Below are positions 39,459 to 48,005 of a DNA stretch of 58,557 bases, in pieces. Origin of the DNA: Fibrobacterales bacterium (GTDB lineage: Bacteria; Fibrobacterota; Fibrobacteria; Fibrobacterales; CADBQJ01); assembly GCA_017650365.1 (NCBI GenBank), contig JAGCEZ010000056.1:1-58557 (forward strand). The letters run 5' to 3'. Below the pieces are notes generated by a model, which was given only the letters and a program-made list of their open reading frames with translations, searched no databases and had not been told where the DNA came from. Positions within the stretch are counted from its first letter, which is position 1. The number at the start of each line of letters is the position of its first letter. The position numbers were made by a program, and so were the translations under genes.

Positions 39459-40493
39459 ATGGAACAGAAGAAATACCGCATCGGCATCCTCGGCGCCACC
39501 GGCTACACCGGCGCCGAGATCCTGCGCCTGATGGCGCGCCATCCGCTTTTCGAACTGGCCTTCGCCTCCTCCGAGCGCCTGGCCGGCCAGCCCCTGACCG
39601 CCGAGTTCCCCAAGCTGACGGGCCTCCCCGTCGGCGAGACGCGCTTCATCGGCCTCCAGGACGCCCTGTCGGTTCCGGTGGACGGCATCTTCTCGTGCCT
39701 TCCCCACGCCACCGCCGCGGAACAGCTCCTCCCCTTCGTCGACAAGGGCGAAGCGGTCATCGTCGACCTGAGCGCCGACTTCCGCCTCGACAGCGCCGAG
39801 CTCTACGAGAAGTGGTACTGCAAGCACCCGCGCCCCGAACTGCTCGCCAAGAGCGTCTACGGACTCTGCGAACTCTACCGCGACCAGGTGAAGGGCTGCC
39901 GCCTGATCGGCAACCCCGGCTGCTATCCCACCTCGATCCTGCTCCCGCTGCTCCCGCTGCTGCGCGCCGGGCGGCTGGTCGAGCCCCGCGGCATCATCGC
40001 CGACAGCAAGTCGGGCACCTCCGGCGCCGGCAAGAAGGCGACCGAGACCACGCACTTCATCAACGTCCACGACGACTTCTCGGCCTACAAGGTCGCCGAC
40101 TGCCACCGCCACCTTTCCGAAATCGGCGAGCAGCTCTCCAAGGCGGCCGGGACCGAGGCCTCGATCCTCTTCACGCCGCACCTGCTCCCCGTGGCGCGCG
40201 GCATCCTCTCCACGATCTACGCCGACCTGAAGCCCGGCGCCGGCGAAGCGGAGATCCGCACCTGCCTGAAGGCGCAGTACGACGGGGAACCCTTCGTCAC
40301 GCTGCTCGACGAGGGATTCCCGAAGCTGGGCTGGGTCCGCATGACCAACCGCTGCGTCTTCGGCCTGAAGGTCGCGGCGGGCAAGCTGGTCGTCGTTTCC
40401 GTCATCGACAACCTGACCAAGGGCGCTTCCGGCCAGGCGATGCAGAACATGAACATCGCGCTCGGCGTCGAAGAGACGCTCGGGCTCCTGTAG
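39459..40493 (+). CDS. argC: N-acetyl-gamma-glutamyl-phosphate reductase
   Basis: GATGYTG, DLSADFR, NPGCYPT, SGTSGAG, DNLTKGASGQA. Confidence 0.97.
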   Translation: MEQKKYRIGILGATGYTGAEILRLMARHPLFELAFASSERLAGQPLTAEFPKLTGLPVGETRFIGLQDALSVPVDGIFSCLPHATAAEQLLPFVDKGEAVIVDLSADFRLDSAELYEKWYCKHPRPELLAKSVYGLCELYRDQVKGCRLIGNPGCYPTSILLPLLPLLRAGRLVEPRGIIADSKSGTSGAGKKATETTHFINVHDDFSAYKVADCHRHLSEIGEQLSKAAGTEASILFTPHLLPVARGILSTIYADLKPGAGEAEIRTCLKAQYDGEPFVTLLDEGFPKLGWVRMTNRCVFGLKVAAGKLVVVSVIDNLTKGASGQAMQNMNIALGVEETLGLL

Positions 40494-40500
40494 GCGCGGA

Positions 40501-41283
40501 ATGGCACGGCAACGCGTTCTCGTGAAGATCGGCGGCTCGCTGGCCGAAGACCGGCGCGCCCTCTCGGAACTCTGCTCCGCGCTCGCGGAGTTCTCCCGCT
40601 CCGGCGCGGACCTCGCGCTCGTCCACGGCGGGGGCAAGGAGATCAACCGCAGCCTGGAGCTCCTCGCGGAGAAGCCGCGCTTCGAGGGCGGCCTGCGCGT
40701 GACCGACGAGCCGGCGATGAAGATGGTCGAGATGGCGCTCAGCGGCTGGGTGAACAAGGAGCTCGTGCGCCTGCTGCTCGGCGAAGGGTGCAGGGCCGTG
40801 GGCGTTTCGGGCGTGGACGCGGGGCAGCTCCTCGCGGACCGTCGCGGCGGCGTCCCGGACCTCGGTCGCGTGGGGAAGATCCGCGAGGCGGACGGCTCGT
40901 TCGTGGAATACCTCTGGGCGGGCGGCTACCTGCCCGTGGTCTCCCCGGTCTCGAACGACGCGGAATGGCGCCCGCTCAACATCAACGCCGACGAGGCGGC
41001 CTCCGCGCTCGCCGTCGCGCTGAAGGCGGACAAGCTCCTCTTCGTCAGCGACGTGCCCGGCGTGATGCGCGACGGCGCGGTGATCCCCGAGCTCGACGAG
41101 GCGCGGATCGCGAAGTTCGTCGAAGAGGGCGTGATCTCCGGCGGGATGATCCCCAAGACGCGCAGCTGCCTCGAGGGAATCGCGGCCGGCATCGGCGAAG
41201 TGCACATCTGCGGCTGGAACGGCCGCGACGGCTTCCTCGGCCAGATCTCCGGCGCGAAGAACGGCGGGACGATCATCCGGTAG
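40501..41283 (+). CDS. argB: Acetylglutamate kinase
   Basis: KIGG, VHGGG, GLRVTD, NINAD, GGMIPK. Confidence 0.96.
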   Translation: MARQRVLVKIGGSLAEDRRALSELCSALAEFSRSGADLALVHGGGKEINRSLELLAEKPRFEGGLRVTDEPAMKMVEMALSGWVNKELVRLLLGEGCRAVGVSGVDAGQLLADRRGGVPDLGRVGKIREADGSFVEYLWAGGYLPVVSPVSNDAEWRPLNINADEAASALAVALKADKLLFVSDVPGVMRDGAVIPELDEARIAKFVEEGVISGGMIPKTRSCLEGIAAGIGEVHICGWNGRDGFLGQISGAKNGGTIIR

Positions 41284-41301
41284 AATCAAGGACCGGCTAC
41301 T

Positions 41302-41332
41302 GAAGAGGGCGCCGATCGGCGCCCTTCTTTTT
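41302..41332. terminator. Intrinsic terminator between convergent genes
   Basis: AGGGCGCC-GATC-GGCGCCCT stem followed by TCTTTTT. Confidence 0.7.
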
Positions 41333-41364
41333 CCGCGCCGGCGACCGGCGCCTGGTCCCTGGCG

Positions 41365-42606
41365 TCAGACCGTCTGGAAATCCCCGTTCAGCGTCTTCCG
41401 GATCCAGGCGACGGCGGCGCGGACGCCGGCGCGCGAGGCGGTCTCCTCGATGGGGCAGTTGAGCAGGCGCGCGATCTCCTCCTCGTGCCCGTAGTAGCGG
41501 ACGGGGAGTTCGACCAGGCGCTGGATCTTCGACGGGTCCGCGGGGTCGGTGAACTTGGCCAGCCAGAGGCGCGTGACGCTCTTCACCAGCACGAAGTTGG
41601 CCGTGGTGGGCTCCTTCCGCCGCACTTTGCCGTGCTTGAGGAAGTAGGTGCCGTCGGGCTTGACGACGACCTTGACCTTCGCGAAGCGCGCGTGGCGGCC
41701 CAGCCCGCGGCAGCCGAAGCCGACCAGCGGGAGCTCGATCAGCTTCATCCGCGAGGAGCGCCGGAAGAGAACGTCGGCGACGGCGGTCAGCCCGTATTCC
41801 GCGATGCGCGCGGTCCAGCGGAGCACGACCAGCGAGACGGCCAGGCAGAGCCCGGAGAGCAGGGCGCCGAGCGCGGGGTGGAGCAGCGACGCGCCCACGA
41901 GCGCGAGCAGGAAGAGCGCGCGGACGTTGCGCACCAGCGTGTCCACGAACGCGAAGGGCGAGATGAAGATCACGACGTTGGTGGCCAGCGTCATCAGCAG
42001 CACCGAGAAGAAGGCGAAGACCAGGAAGAGCCCGACGAGCAGGATTCCGATCCCGCTCTCCGGAAGCGCGAAACCCGCGGTCGCCAGTTCGCGCGAGACC
42101 GCCGCGGCCGCGCCGCCCTCCTCGAAGAGCCCCTGCAGGATGTCCACGACGAAGGGGAGCGCGAGCAGCGCCATGACGCGCGTCTCGACCTGCTCCACCA
42201 TCTGCATCGGCTTCTCCAGCAGCGGGAAGACGGAGCCGAGCCAGCCGTTGAGCAGGAAGAGCAGCGAAACCGAAAGCAGGACGACGAAGAACCAGGGCCG
42301 CAGGTGGAAGGGGAGCGACGCGCGCTCCTCCTTCGGCGTCTTCCACCAGCGCCACGCGGACATCGCGCCGGCCGCGAGCGCGGGGGAGATGGCGAGCCCG
42401 GTCACCATGTTGAAGGCCTGCATCGCCTTCTCGGCGCGCGAGTAGTCCTGCCGGAAGTCGAGCCGGCCGAAGGGCTTGGAGAGGTGCTCCTCGATGGCCT
42501 CTTCGTCGAGCGAAAGGAGGGATTCCCCTTCCGGCGCCTCCTGCGCGGAGGCGAGGGAGAAGAGGGCCGAGAGGAGGACGAAGAGGAAGATTGCCCGTTT
42601 CTTCAT
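41365..42606 (-). CDS. Hypothetical multi-pass membrane protein
   Basis: Signal peptide, several TM segments, soluble C-terminal domain. Confidence 0.7.
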   Translation of the reverse strand: MKKRAIFLFVLLSALFSLASAQEAPEGESLLSLDEEAIEEHLSKPFGRLDFRQDYSRAEKAMQAFNMVTGLAISPALAAGAMSAWRWWKTPKEERASLPFHLRPWFFVVLLSVSLLFLLNGWLGSVFPLLEKPMQMVEQVETRVMALLALPFVVDILQGLFEEGGAAAAVSRELATAGFALPESGIGILLVGLFLVFAFFSVLLMTLATNVVIFISPFAFVDTLVRNVRALFLLALVGASLLHPALGALLSGLCLAVSLVVLRWTARIAEYGLTAVADVLFRRSSRMKLIELPLVGFGCRGLGRHARFAKVKVVVKPDGTYFLKHGKVRRKEPTTANFVLVKSVTRLWLAKFTDPADPSKIQRLVELPVRYYGHEEEIARLLNCPIEETASRAGVRAAVAWIRKTLNGDFQTV

Positions 42607-42625
42607 GGGCGCGCTCCTTGTTTCC

Positions 42626-43261
42626 TTATTCGACGGGGACGATCCGGAGCTGTCCGAACTGCTCGGGCCGGTGGAACGCCGGGCGTTCCCATTCGACCGG
42701 GGACCAGCAGGCGTACTGGGGCTCCACGGGGCCGCCGCAGCGGTAGAAGTTGGCGTGCCAGACCTCGGGGTCGGCCGGCTTTCCGGTCATCTCCTCCAGG
42801 AGGGAGACCGGGAAGGAGAGCTCCACGCTCCACTCCCTGTCTTCGGGCGTCGGAACCTTGGCGGCGGCGCGAATCGAGGTCCTGATCTCCACCTGCGCGG
42901 CCTGCGCCGGCGTGGAGAGCGTCCGGTGGTCGATGTCCGGGCCGCAGGCCAGGTGCAGCGAGCCGACGCAGTTGACCTCGAAGTTCACGTAGGCGCCGCC
43001 CCGCTCGCGCGAGGGGGTGACGAAGAACTCGAAGCAGGAGTCGTTGTAGACCGCGCCGTTGAGGGCGCGCGCCTCGGCCCCGCTCCAGCGGTCCTGCGCC
43101 GTCGCGCGGACGTGGACGCGCCCGGGGGTCAGGGCGATCCGGACCAGGGTCGTCTGCTTCAGGCCCGATTCATGCCACGGGAAGGAGTCCACGCGCGCCT
43201 CCGCGGCCCGCGCCCAGTCCACGGTCCCGTTTCCGAAGAGGGGAACGTCGAGCGTCCGCAT
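42626..43261 (-). CDS. Carbohydrate-binding family 9-like (DOMON) protein
   Basis: VYNDSCFEFFV, YVNFEVNCVG, NFYRCG, WSP...FHRPEQFG; start overlaps the glmM stop. Confidence 0.8.
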   Translation of the reverse strand: MRTLDVPLFGNGTVDWARAAEARVDSFPWHESGLKQTTLVRIALTPGRVHVRATAQDRWSGAEARALNGAVYNDSCFEFFVTPSRERGGAYVNFEVNCVGSLHLACGPDIDHRTLSTPAQAAQVEIRTSIRAAAKVPTPEDREWSVELSFPVSLLEEMTGKPADPEVWHANFYRCGGPVEPQYACWSPVEWERPAFHRPEQFGQLRIVPVE

Positions 43262-44610
43262 CAGGCGAGCGAGGAGATGATGTCCCCGGCCCGCTTGGCC
43301 AGCTCGTCCGCCTTGCCGGGAATCGCCGATTCGGTCATCACGCGGACAATCGGCTCGGTGTTCGACTTGCGGACGTGGACCCAGCCTTCGGGCATGTCGA
43401 GCTTCAGGCCGTCGAGCTCCGACATCTGGGCGTCGGGCCAGGCCTTCTTCAGCGCCGCGAAGACGGCGTCGACGTCCAGCCCTTCCACGCTCACCTTGGC
43501 CTTGGCCATCACGTAGGGCGGGAGCGAGGCGACGAAGTCCTCGATGCCGCGCTTGTCGTGTTCGGCCATCCATTCCAGCACGAGCGCCGCGGCCAGGATG
43601 CCGTCGCGTCCGCAGTGGAGGGCGGGGAGGATGACGCCTCCGTTGCCTTCGCCGCCGATCACGCAGTTGTTGGCGCGGATCACCTCGGTCACGTTGATTT
43701 CGCCCACCTTGGAGCGCAGGGCCTTGCGGCCGTACTTCTTCGCGATGTCGTCGGAGAGGCGGCTGGTGGAGAGGTTGACCGCCAGGTCGCCTTCGCTGTG
43801 GGCCAGCACGAGGTCTTCGGCGATGGCCAGCGTGTACTCTTCGCCGACGGGGCGGCCCTTTTCGCTCACGAGCGCGCAGCGGTCGGAGTCGGGGTCGGAG
43901 GCGAAGCCGACGCAGCAGCCTTCCTTGCGGACGGTCTCGCCCAGGCCGACGAGGCTTTCGGGGATCGGTTCGGCGCCGCGGGGGAAGACGCCGTCGGGGA
44001 CGACGTTGAGCTCGACCACGTCGCAGCCGAGCTTCTTGAGGAGCTTGGTGAAGATGAAGCAGCCGGCGCCGTTGACGGCGTCGATCGCCACCTTGAACTT
44101 CTTGGAGCGGATGAGGTCCACGTTCACGTAGGGGAGGGCCAGCACGGCGTCCACGTGGTCGTCGTCGCCGCCGTTGTGGACGGTCACCTTGCCGATCTTG
44201 TCCCAGGGCTGCCAGGAGAAGGAGTCGTTGTCGGCGATCTTCTTCAGCTCCTCGACCTGCGACTGCACGAGGAAGGTGCCGTCGGAGTTGAGGAACTTGA
44301 GGGCGTTCCACTGGGCGGGGTTGTGGCTGGCGGTGATGATGATGCCGCCGTCGCAGTCGGTCTGCTGGACCACCATTTCGACCGTGGGGGTCGTGGCGAG
44401 GCCGAGCTCCATCACGTCCACGCCGGAGAGTTCGCAGAGGGCGCTCACCATGCGGTCGATGGCGGGGCCGGTGACGCGGGAGTCGCGGCCGATGGCCACC
44501 TTCCTGGCGCCGATCACCTTGAGGAAGGCGCGGGTGTGGCGCAGGAGGACGTCGGGGGTCAGATCTTCGCCGACCACGCCACGGAGGCCGGAAACGGTAC
44601 GCATCAGCAT
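43261..44610 (-). CDS. glmM: Phosphoglucosamine mutase / phosphohexomutase
   Basis: SGLRG, GRDSR, ITASHNP, DPDSDR, GGEGNGG, RKSNTEP. Confidence 0.85.
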   Translation of the reverse strand: MLMRTVSGLRGVVGEDLTPDVLLRHTRAFLKVIGARKVAIGRDSRVTGPAIDRMVSALCELSGVDVMELGLATTPTVEMVVQQTDCDGGIIITASHNPAQWNALKFLNSDGTFLVQSQVEELKKIADNDSFSWQPWDKIGKVTVHNGGDDDHVDAVLALPYVNVDLIRSKKFKVAIDAVNGAGCFIFTKLLKKLGCDVVELNVVPDGVFPRGAEPIPESLVGLGETVRKEGCCVGFASDPDSDRCALVSEKGRPVGEEYTLAIAEDLVLAHSEGDLAVNLSTSRLSDDIAKKYGRKALRSKVGEINVTEVIRANNCVIGGEGNGGVILPALHCGRDGILAAALVLEWMAEHDKRGIEDFVASLPPYVMAKAKVSVEGLDVDAVFAALKKAWPDAQMSELDGLKLDMPEGWVHVRKSNTEPIVRVMTESAIPGKADELAKRAGDIISSLA

Positions 44611-44659
44611 GGGATTTCTCCTTGTGGAGCGGAAAACCGCCCTAAATTTAGCATTGTGG

Positions 44660-44690
44660 TTGACCGATTCGCCCGTTCTGTCTAGATTTG
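44660..44690 (+). promoter_or_regulatory. Sigma70-type promoter of rpmB
   Basis: TTGACC (44660-44665), 17-nt spacer, TAGATT(TG) (44683-44690). Confidence 0.65.
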
Positions 44691-44716
44691 GGCGCACAAG
44701 TTTTCGGAGGCCTAAA

Positions 44717-44938
44717 ATGAGCCGCACATGCGATGTCACTGGTAAGAAAGGTCTGGTCGGTTGCCTGGTTTCCCACTCGCGCCGCCACGTCAAGCACAAG
44801 CAGCTGCCCAATCTGCAGACGAAGCGCTTCTTCGTCCCCGAGGAAGACCGCTGGGTCACCCTCAAGGTGAGCGCCGCCGCCCTGCGCACCATCGACAAGA
44901 AGGGCATCTCCGCCGTTCTGAAGGAAATGGGCGCCTAG
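44717..44938 (+). CDS. rpmB: 50S ribosomal protein L28
   Basis: MSRTCDVTGK...VSHS...PNLQTKRF...LKVSAAALRTIDKKG; RBS GGAGG. Confidence 0.95.
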   Translation: MSRTCDVTGKKGLVGCLVSHSRRHVKHKQLPNLQTKRFFVPEEDRWVTLKVSAAALRTIDKKGISAVLKEMGA

Positions 44939-44961
44939 TCCCGTTCCGGAACGGAGTTCCC

Positions 44962-44999
44962 CGGACGCGCCGCGCATCGGTCGCGTCCGTTCTTTTTTT
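44962..44999 (+). terminator. Intrinsic terminator after rpmB
   Basis: CGGACGCG / CGCGTCCG stem followed by a T tract. Confidence 0.7.
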
Positions 45000-45027
45000 C
45001 CGTTCCCTTTCCCGGAGGAGCCGGAGC

Positions 45028-45996
45028 TTGGACGAAAAGCGGGGAGTCCGGACGATCCGACGCGCGGCCGCGCTCGCGCTCGCCGCGGCCTCCGCGCTCC
45101 ACGCGCTCTCCTGGGTCCGTCCGCTCGACGCGCGGAACCTGTTCCAGCTGGAGTTCGCGCTCCATCCCTACGAGGCCTCGGCGACCCTGGTCGCCCCGCT
45201 GGGCGAGGAGGGGATCCCCTCGCTGGACGCCAACGCGGAGGAGGGGCTCTTCTACAGCGAGACGTTCCGGCAGCTCGCGCTCCCGAACTTCTGGTCGATC
45301 GGCGTGGACGTCAAGCCCGTCGCGGTCGCGGGCGTGGTCGTGCGCGAGAACTTCCCGGAGGCCTTCGACGCCGCCGAGATCCGCCCGGGCGTCAACGCGA
45401 TCCGCATCGTCACCGACGGCTTCCCGGACCCCGGCGCGCTCGTGCTGGGCGCGGGGAGCGAGATCAACGTCGTGGACGCGGACGGGCGCATCGTCGGGCG
45501 CTGCCACGGCGGCTTCGCGCTGGCCTCGGGCTTCGGGCACATCGTCAGCAACTCCATCTTCGCGGACCTCTGGACCGAGCCGTCGTTCCGCATCAAGGGC
45601 GAGATCGTCGGCGAGGACCGCGAGCTCGGCTGGACGTTCGCCCTCGGCGCGCGCTTCCACTCCGACCGCGAGATCCGCAACACGATGTTCCTGAACCTCG
45701 TCCGCGACCGCGTGGACCGCTGGTACTCCGGCTGGCATCCGCTGCGCAACACCACGCTCGAATACCGCGTGGACTTCTCGATCTCCCGGCTGGCCCGCAC
45801 CGGCGAGCCCTTCGGCGACGGCGCGGTCTACAACGCGATGCTCGTGGGCAAGCGGTGGTCGGTCCGCAAGGGGCGCAACACGCTGGGCGTGAAGATCGGC
45901 GCGAGCTACCTGTGGAAGAACGGCTACACGGGCCGCGTGCTCGAGGCCGCCCACCTGGGCTGGGACATCCTCCTGCGGCCGTCCCTCACGTTCTAG
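45028..45996 (+). CDS. Hypothetical exported, probably outer membrane beta-barrel protein
   Basis: TTG start after GGAGG (uncertain), Ala-rich signal peptide, alternating strands, terminal Phe. Confidence 0.6.
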   Translation: MDEKRGVRTIRRAAALALAAASALHALSWVRPLDARNLFQLEFALHPYEASATLVAPLGEEGIPSLDANAEEGLFYSETFRQLALPNFWSIGVDVKPVAVAGVVVRENFPEAFDAAEIRPGVNAIRIVTDGFPDPGALVLGAGSEINVVDADGRIVGRCHGGFALASGFGHIVSNSIFADLWTEPSFRIKGEIVGEDRELGWTFALGARFHSDREIRNTMFLNLVRDRVDRWYSGWHPLRNTTLEYRVDFSISRLARTGEPFGDGAVYNAMLVGKRWSVRKGRNTLGVKIGASYLWKNGYTGRVLEAAHLGWDILLRPSLTF

Positions 45997-46009
45997 AAGG
46001 CGCGGAAAA

Positions 46010-46648
46010 TCAGAAGGAGAGCGGTTCGCCGCCGTGGATCCTGTCGATCGACGGCTTGGCGGCGCTGATCTGGAGGTCGGCCGGCCTGGCCATGCCGTCG
46101 TGCAGCAGCCCGGCGAAGACGTAGGCGAGCACTTCGCAGTCGTAGCAGGCGCGGTGGAGCCTCGAGGCGTCCACCGGGGGCATCTCGATCTTGTGCTCGC
46201 GCGTCAGCATCTTGGCGATAAACGAGAGTTTGTGGTTCGCGTATTCCGGGTGGACGGCGCGCGCGATGCGCAGGCTGTCGTAGACCTTCTGCGTGAACCT
46301 GGGGAGCGGCTTGGCCGCGGCCACGAAGGCGCAGTCGAAGGGGGCGTTGTGGGCCACGAGGAGCGAAGACTGGCCGCAGAAGGCGCGGAACTTCTCCAGC
46401 ACGTCGGCGATCGGGGGCTCGTTCTCCACCATCTCGTTGGTGATGTGGTTGACGTCGGTGGCGTCCTTGGGGATGAGCATGGTCGGCTTCGCCAGCGATT
46501 CCCACTCGTCCACGATCTCCGCGGCGAAGCGTCCGTCGGGACGGACGTCCACGGTGAACTTCACCCCGGCGATTTCGATGATCTGGTCGTGGTCCTTGTC
46601 GAGGCCCGTGGTTTCGGTGTCGAAGGCGACGAAAATCTGCTTGCTCAT
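46010..46648 (-). CDS. DEDDh 3'-5' exonuclease (DnaQ-like)
   Basis: ExoI FDTETTG, ExoII AHNAPFD, ExoIII HRACYD. Confidence 0.9.
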   Translation of the reverse strand: MSKQIFVAFDTETTGLDKDHDQIIEIAGVKFTVDVRPDGRFAAEIVDEWESLAKPTMLIPKDATDVNHITNEMVENEPPIADVLEKFRAFCGQSSLLVAHNAPFDCAFVAAAKPLPRFTQKVYDSLRIARAVHPEYANHKLSFIAKMLTREHKIEMPPVDASRLHRACYDCEVLAYVFAGLLHDGMARPADLQISAAKPSIDRIHGGEPLSF

Positions 46649-46652
46649 GGAG

Positions 46653-47138
46653 TCAAAGATAGCTCCACGAGCATTCGATCTCCGACAGGGGAAGCGGGAT
46701 CCGCATGGAGTCCCACGTGCGCAGCGTCAGCGCGCGCGAGTACTTGAATTCCAGAAGCACGGCGGGCCGGCCGCTCTTCTCCGCGAGCCACCGCGTCCCC
46801 GGGCGTTCGACGCGCGCCGGCCCGCGGGGGCCGTCCAGCGCCATGCCCGCGGAACCGCCCGCGCGCAGGTGCCGGAGCAGGTGACGCGCCGCCGCGGCCC
46901 GGCCGCCGCAGGACCCGTTCGCCACCTTCCATCCCGCGCGTTCGAAGAGCGGGCTCCAGCGCATCCCGTCGCGGGAGGCGCTGACGAGCGCCATCGGGCG
47001 CACGTCGCGCAGCAGCCGGAAGGCCGCGGGCAGGTCGCCGTGCCAGCAGCACCAGACGACGGGCCCGGCGGGAAGCTCCGGCGCGCGGAGCCGCCAGGTG
47101 CGGACCAGAAGTTCGACGAGCGGGATTTCGAAGCGCAT
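46653..47138 (-). CDS. DUF374 / lysophospholipid acyltransferase-like protein
   Basis: WHG, VSASRDG, DGPRGP, TWD..RIPLP. Confidence 0.8.
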   Translation of the reverse strand: MRFEIPLVELLVRTWRLRAPELPAGPVVWCCWHGDLPAAFRLLRDVRPMALVSASRDGMRWSPLFERAGWKVANGSCGGRAAAARHLLRHLRAGGSAGMALDGPRGPARVERPGTRWLAEKSGRPAVLLEFKYSRALTLRTWDSMRIPLPLSEIECSWSYL

Positions 47139-47231
47139 CGTGCGGAAAAAATAGACTGGGGCGGGCTTTTTCGCGCGCCCCGGAGCCGCGGAGCCCGGAA
47201 CGCCGGAATTTTTTCTACAATTGTCGGCGTC

Positions 47232-47304
47232 GGTGACATAGCCAAGTTGGTAAGGCAAAGCTCTGCAAAAGCTTCATTCCCCGGTTCGAATCCGGGTGTC
47301 ACCT
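47232..47304 (+). tRNA. tRNA-Cys(GCA)
   Basis: Acceptor GGTGACA/TGTCACC, anticodon arm AAGCT-CTGCAAA-AGCTT, T arm GGTTCGAATCC, discriminator T; CCA not encoded. Confidence 0.96.
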
Positions 47305-47314
47305 CTAAAAGAAG

Positions 47315-47346
47315 AAGGCTCCGGGTTCCCGGAGCCTTTTCCTTTT
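47315..47346. terminator. Bidirectional intrinsic terminator
   Basis: AAGGCTCCGG / CCGGAGCCTT stem with A and T tracts, between the tRNA and the convergent gene. Confidence 0.75.
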
Positions 47347-47361
47347 CGGCGTTTTCCGCCT

Positions 47362-47931
47362 CTAGTGCTTCTTGCCGCGCTTGGCGTTCAGGTGCACCTT
47401 GATCGTCTCCTCGCCGACGATGCGGACCAGGGAGTCCTTCACCGCGCCGCCGCCGCAGTTGATCTCGATCAGGTGGTCCCCTTCGCGGATGTTGTGCAGC
47501 GTGAGCGTGCCGCCGTCGGTGCGGTCGGCCAGGTCGCCGTCGATCATCACCTGGCACTTGCCGGGGGTGGTGGTCAGCTCCAGGTTGCCCCAGGGCATGC
47601 GGGTCTTGGTCTCGTAGACGTTGCGCGGGTCCTGCTTGCCGTTCTTGTCGGGCCACACGTTGAAGCGCATGTTCACCAGCTGCTGCGCCTGCTTGGCGTT
47701 TTCGTCGTCGATGATGACGAGGTCGAAGCGGCCGGTGGGGAACTCGCGGTTGACGATCGGGGTCTTGCCCAGCTCTTCGCCGTCGAGGTAGACCTTGGAA
47801 CCCTGGGGGTCGGTCTTGATGGTGACGTGGCCGGTTTCGCCGCGTTCGGGAACTTCGAAGTCGTCGTCGCCGGCGAAGGCGGCGAAGGCCGCGCAGGCCA
47901 GGAGTGCAGTCAGGATCTTGAGGCTTTTCAT
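47362..47931 (-). CDS. Exported PEGA domain protein
   Basis: Signal peptide; TDPQGSKVYLDGEELGKTP and a second repeat TTTPGKCQVMIDG. Confidence 0.8.
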   Translation of the reverse strand: MKSLKILTALLACAAFAAFAGDDDFEVPERGETGHVTIKTDPQGSKVYLDGEELGKTPIVNREFPTGRFDLVIIDDENAKQAQQLVNMRFNVWPDKNGKQDPRNVYETKTRMPWGNLELTTTPGKCQVMIDGDLADRTDGGTLTLHNIREGDHLIEINCGGGAVKDSLVRIVGEETIKVHLNAKRGKKH

Positions 47932-48005
47932 CGCAAAAAGGCTCCGGTCGGAGGTTGAACGCACACAATATAACAAGTGGCGCGGGAAAACGGCCCGGCC
48001 GGGCG

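Noticed and set aside
46645-47052. Possible frameshift in the DUF374 gene
   Set aside because: All family motifs lie in the single frame 46653-47138.
47232-47361. tRNA-Cys as an integration site
   Set aside because: I noticed no integrase and no duplicated tRNA 3' end; it is followed directly by a terminator and core-like genes.
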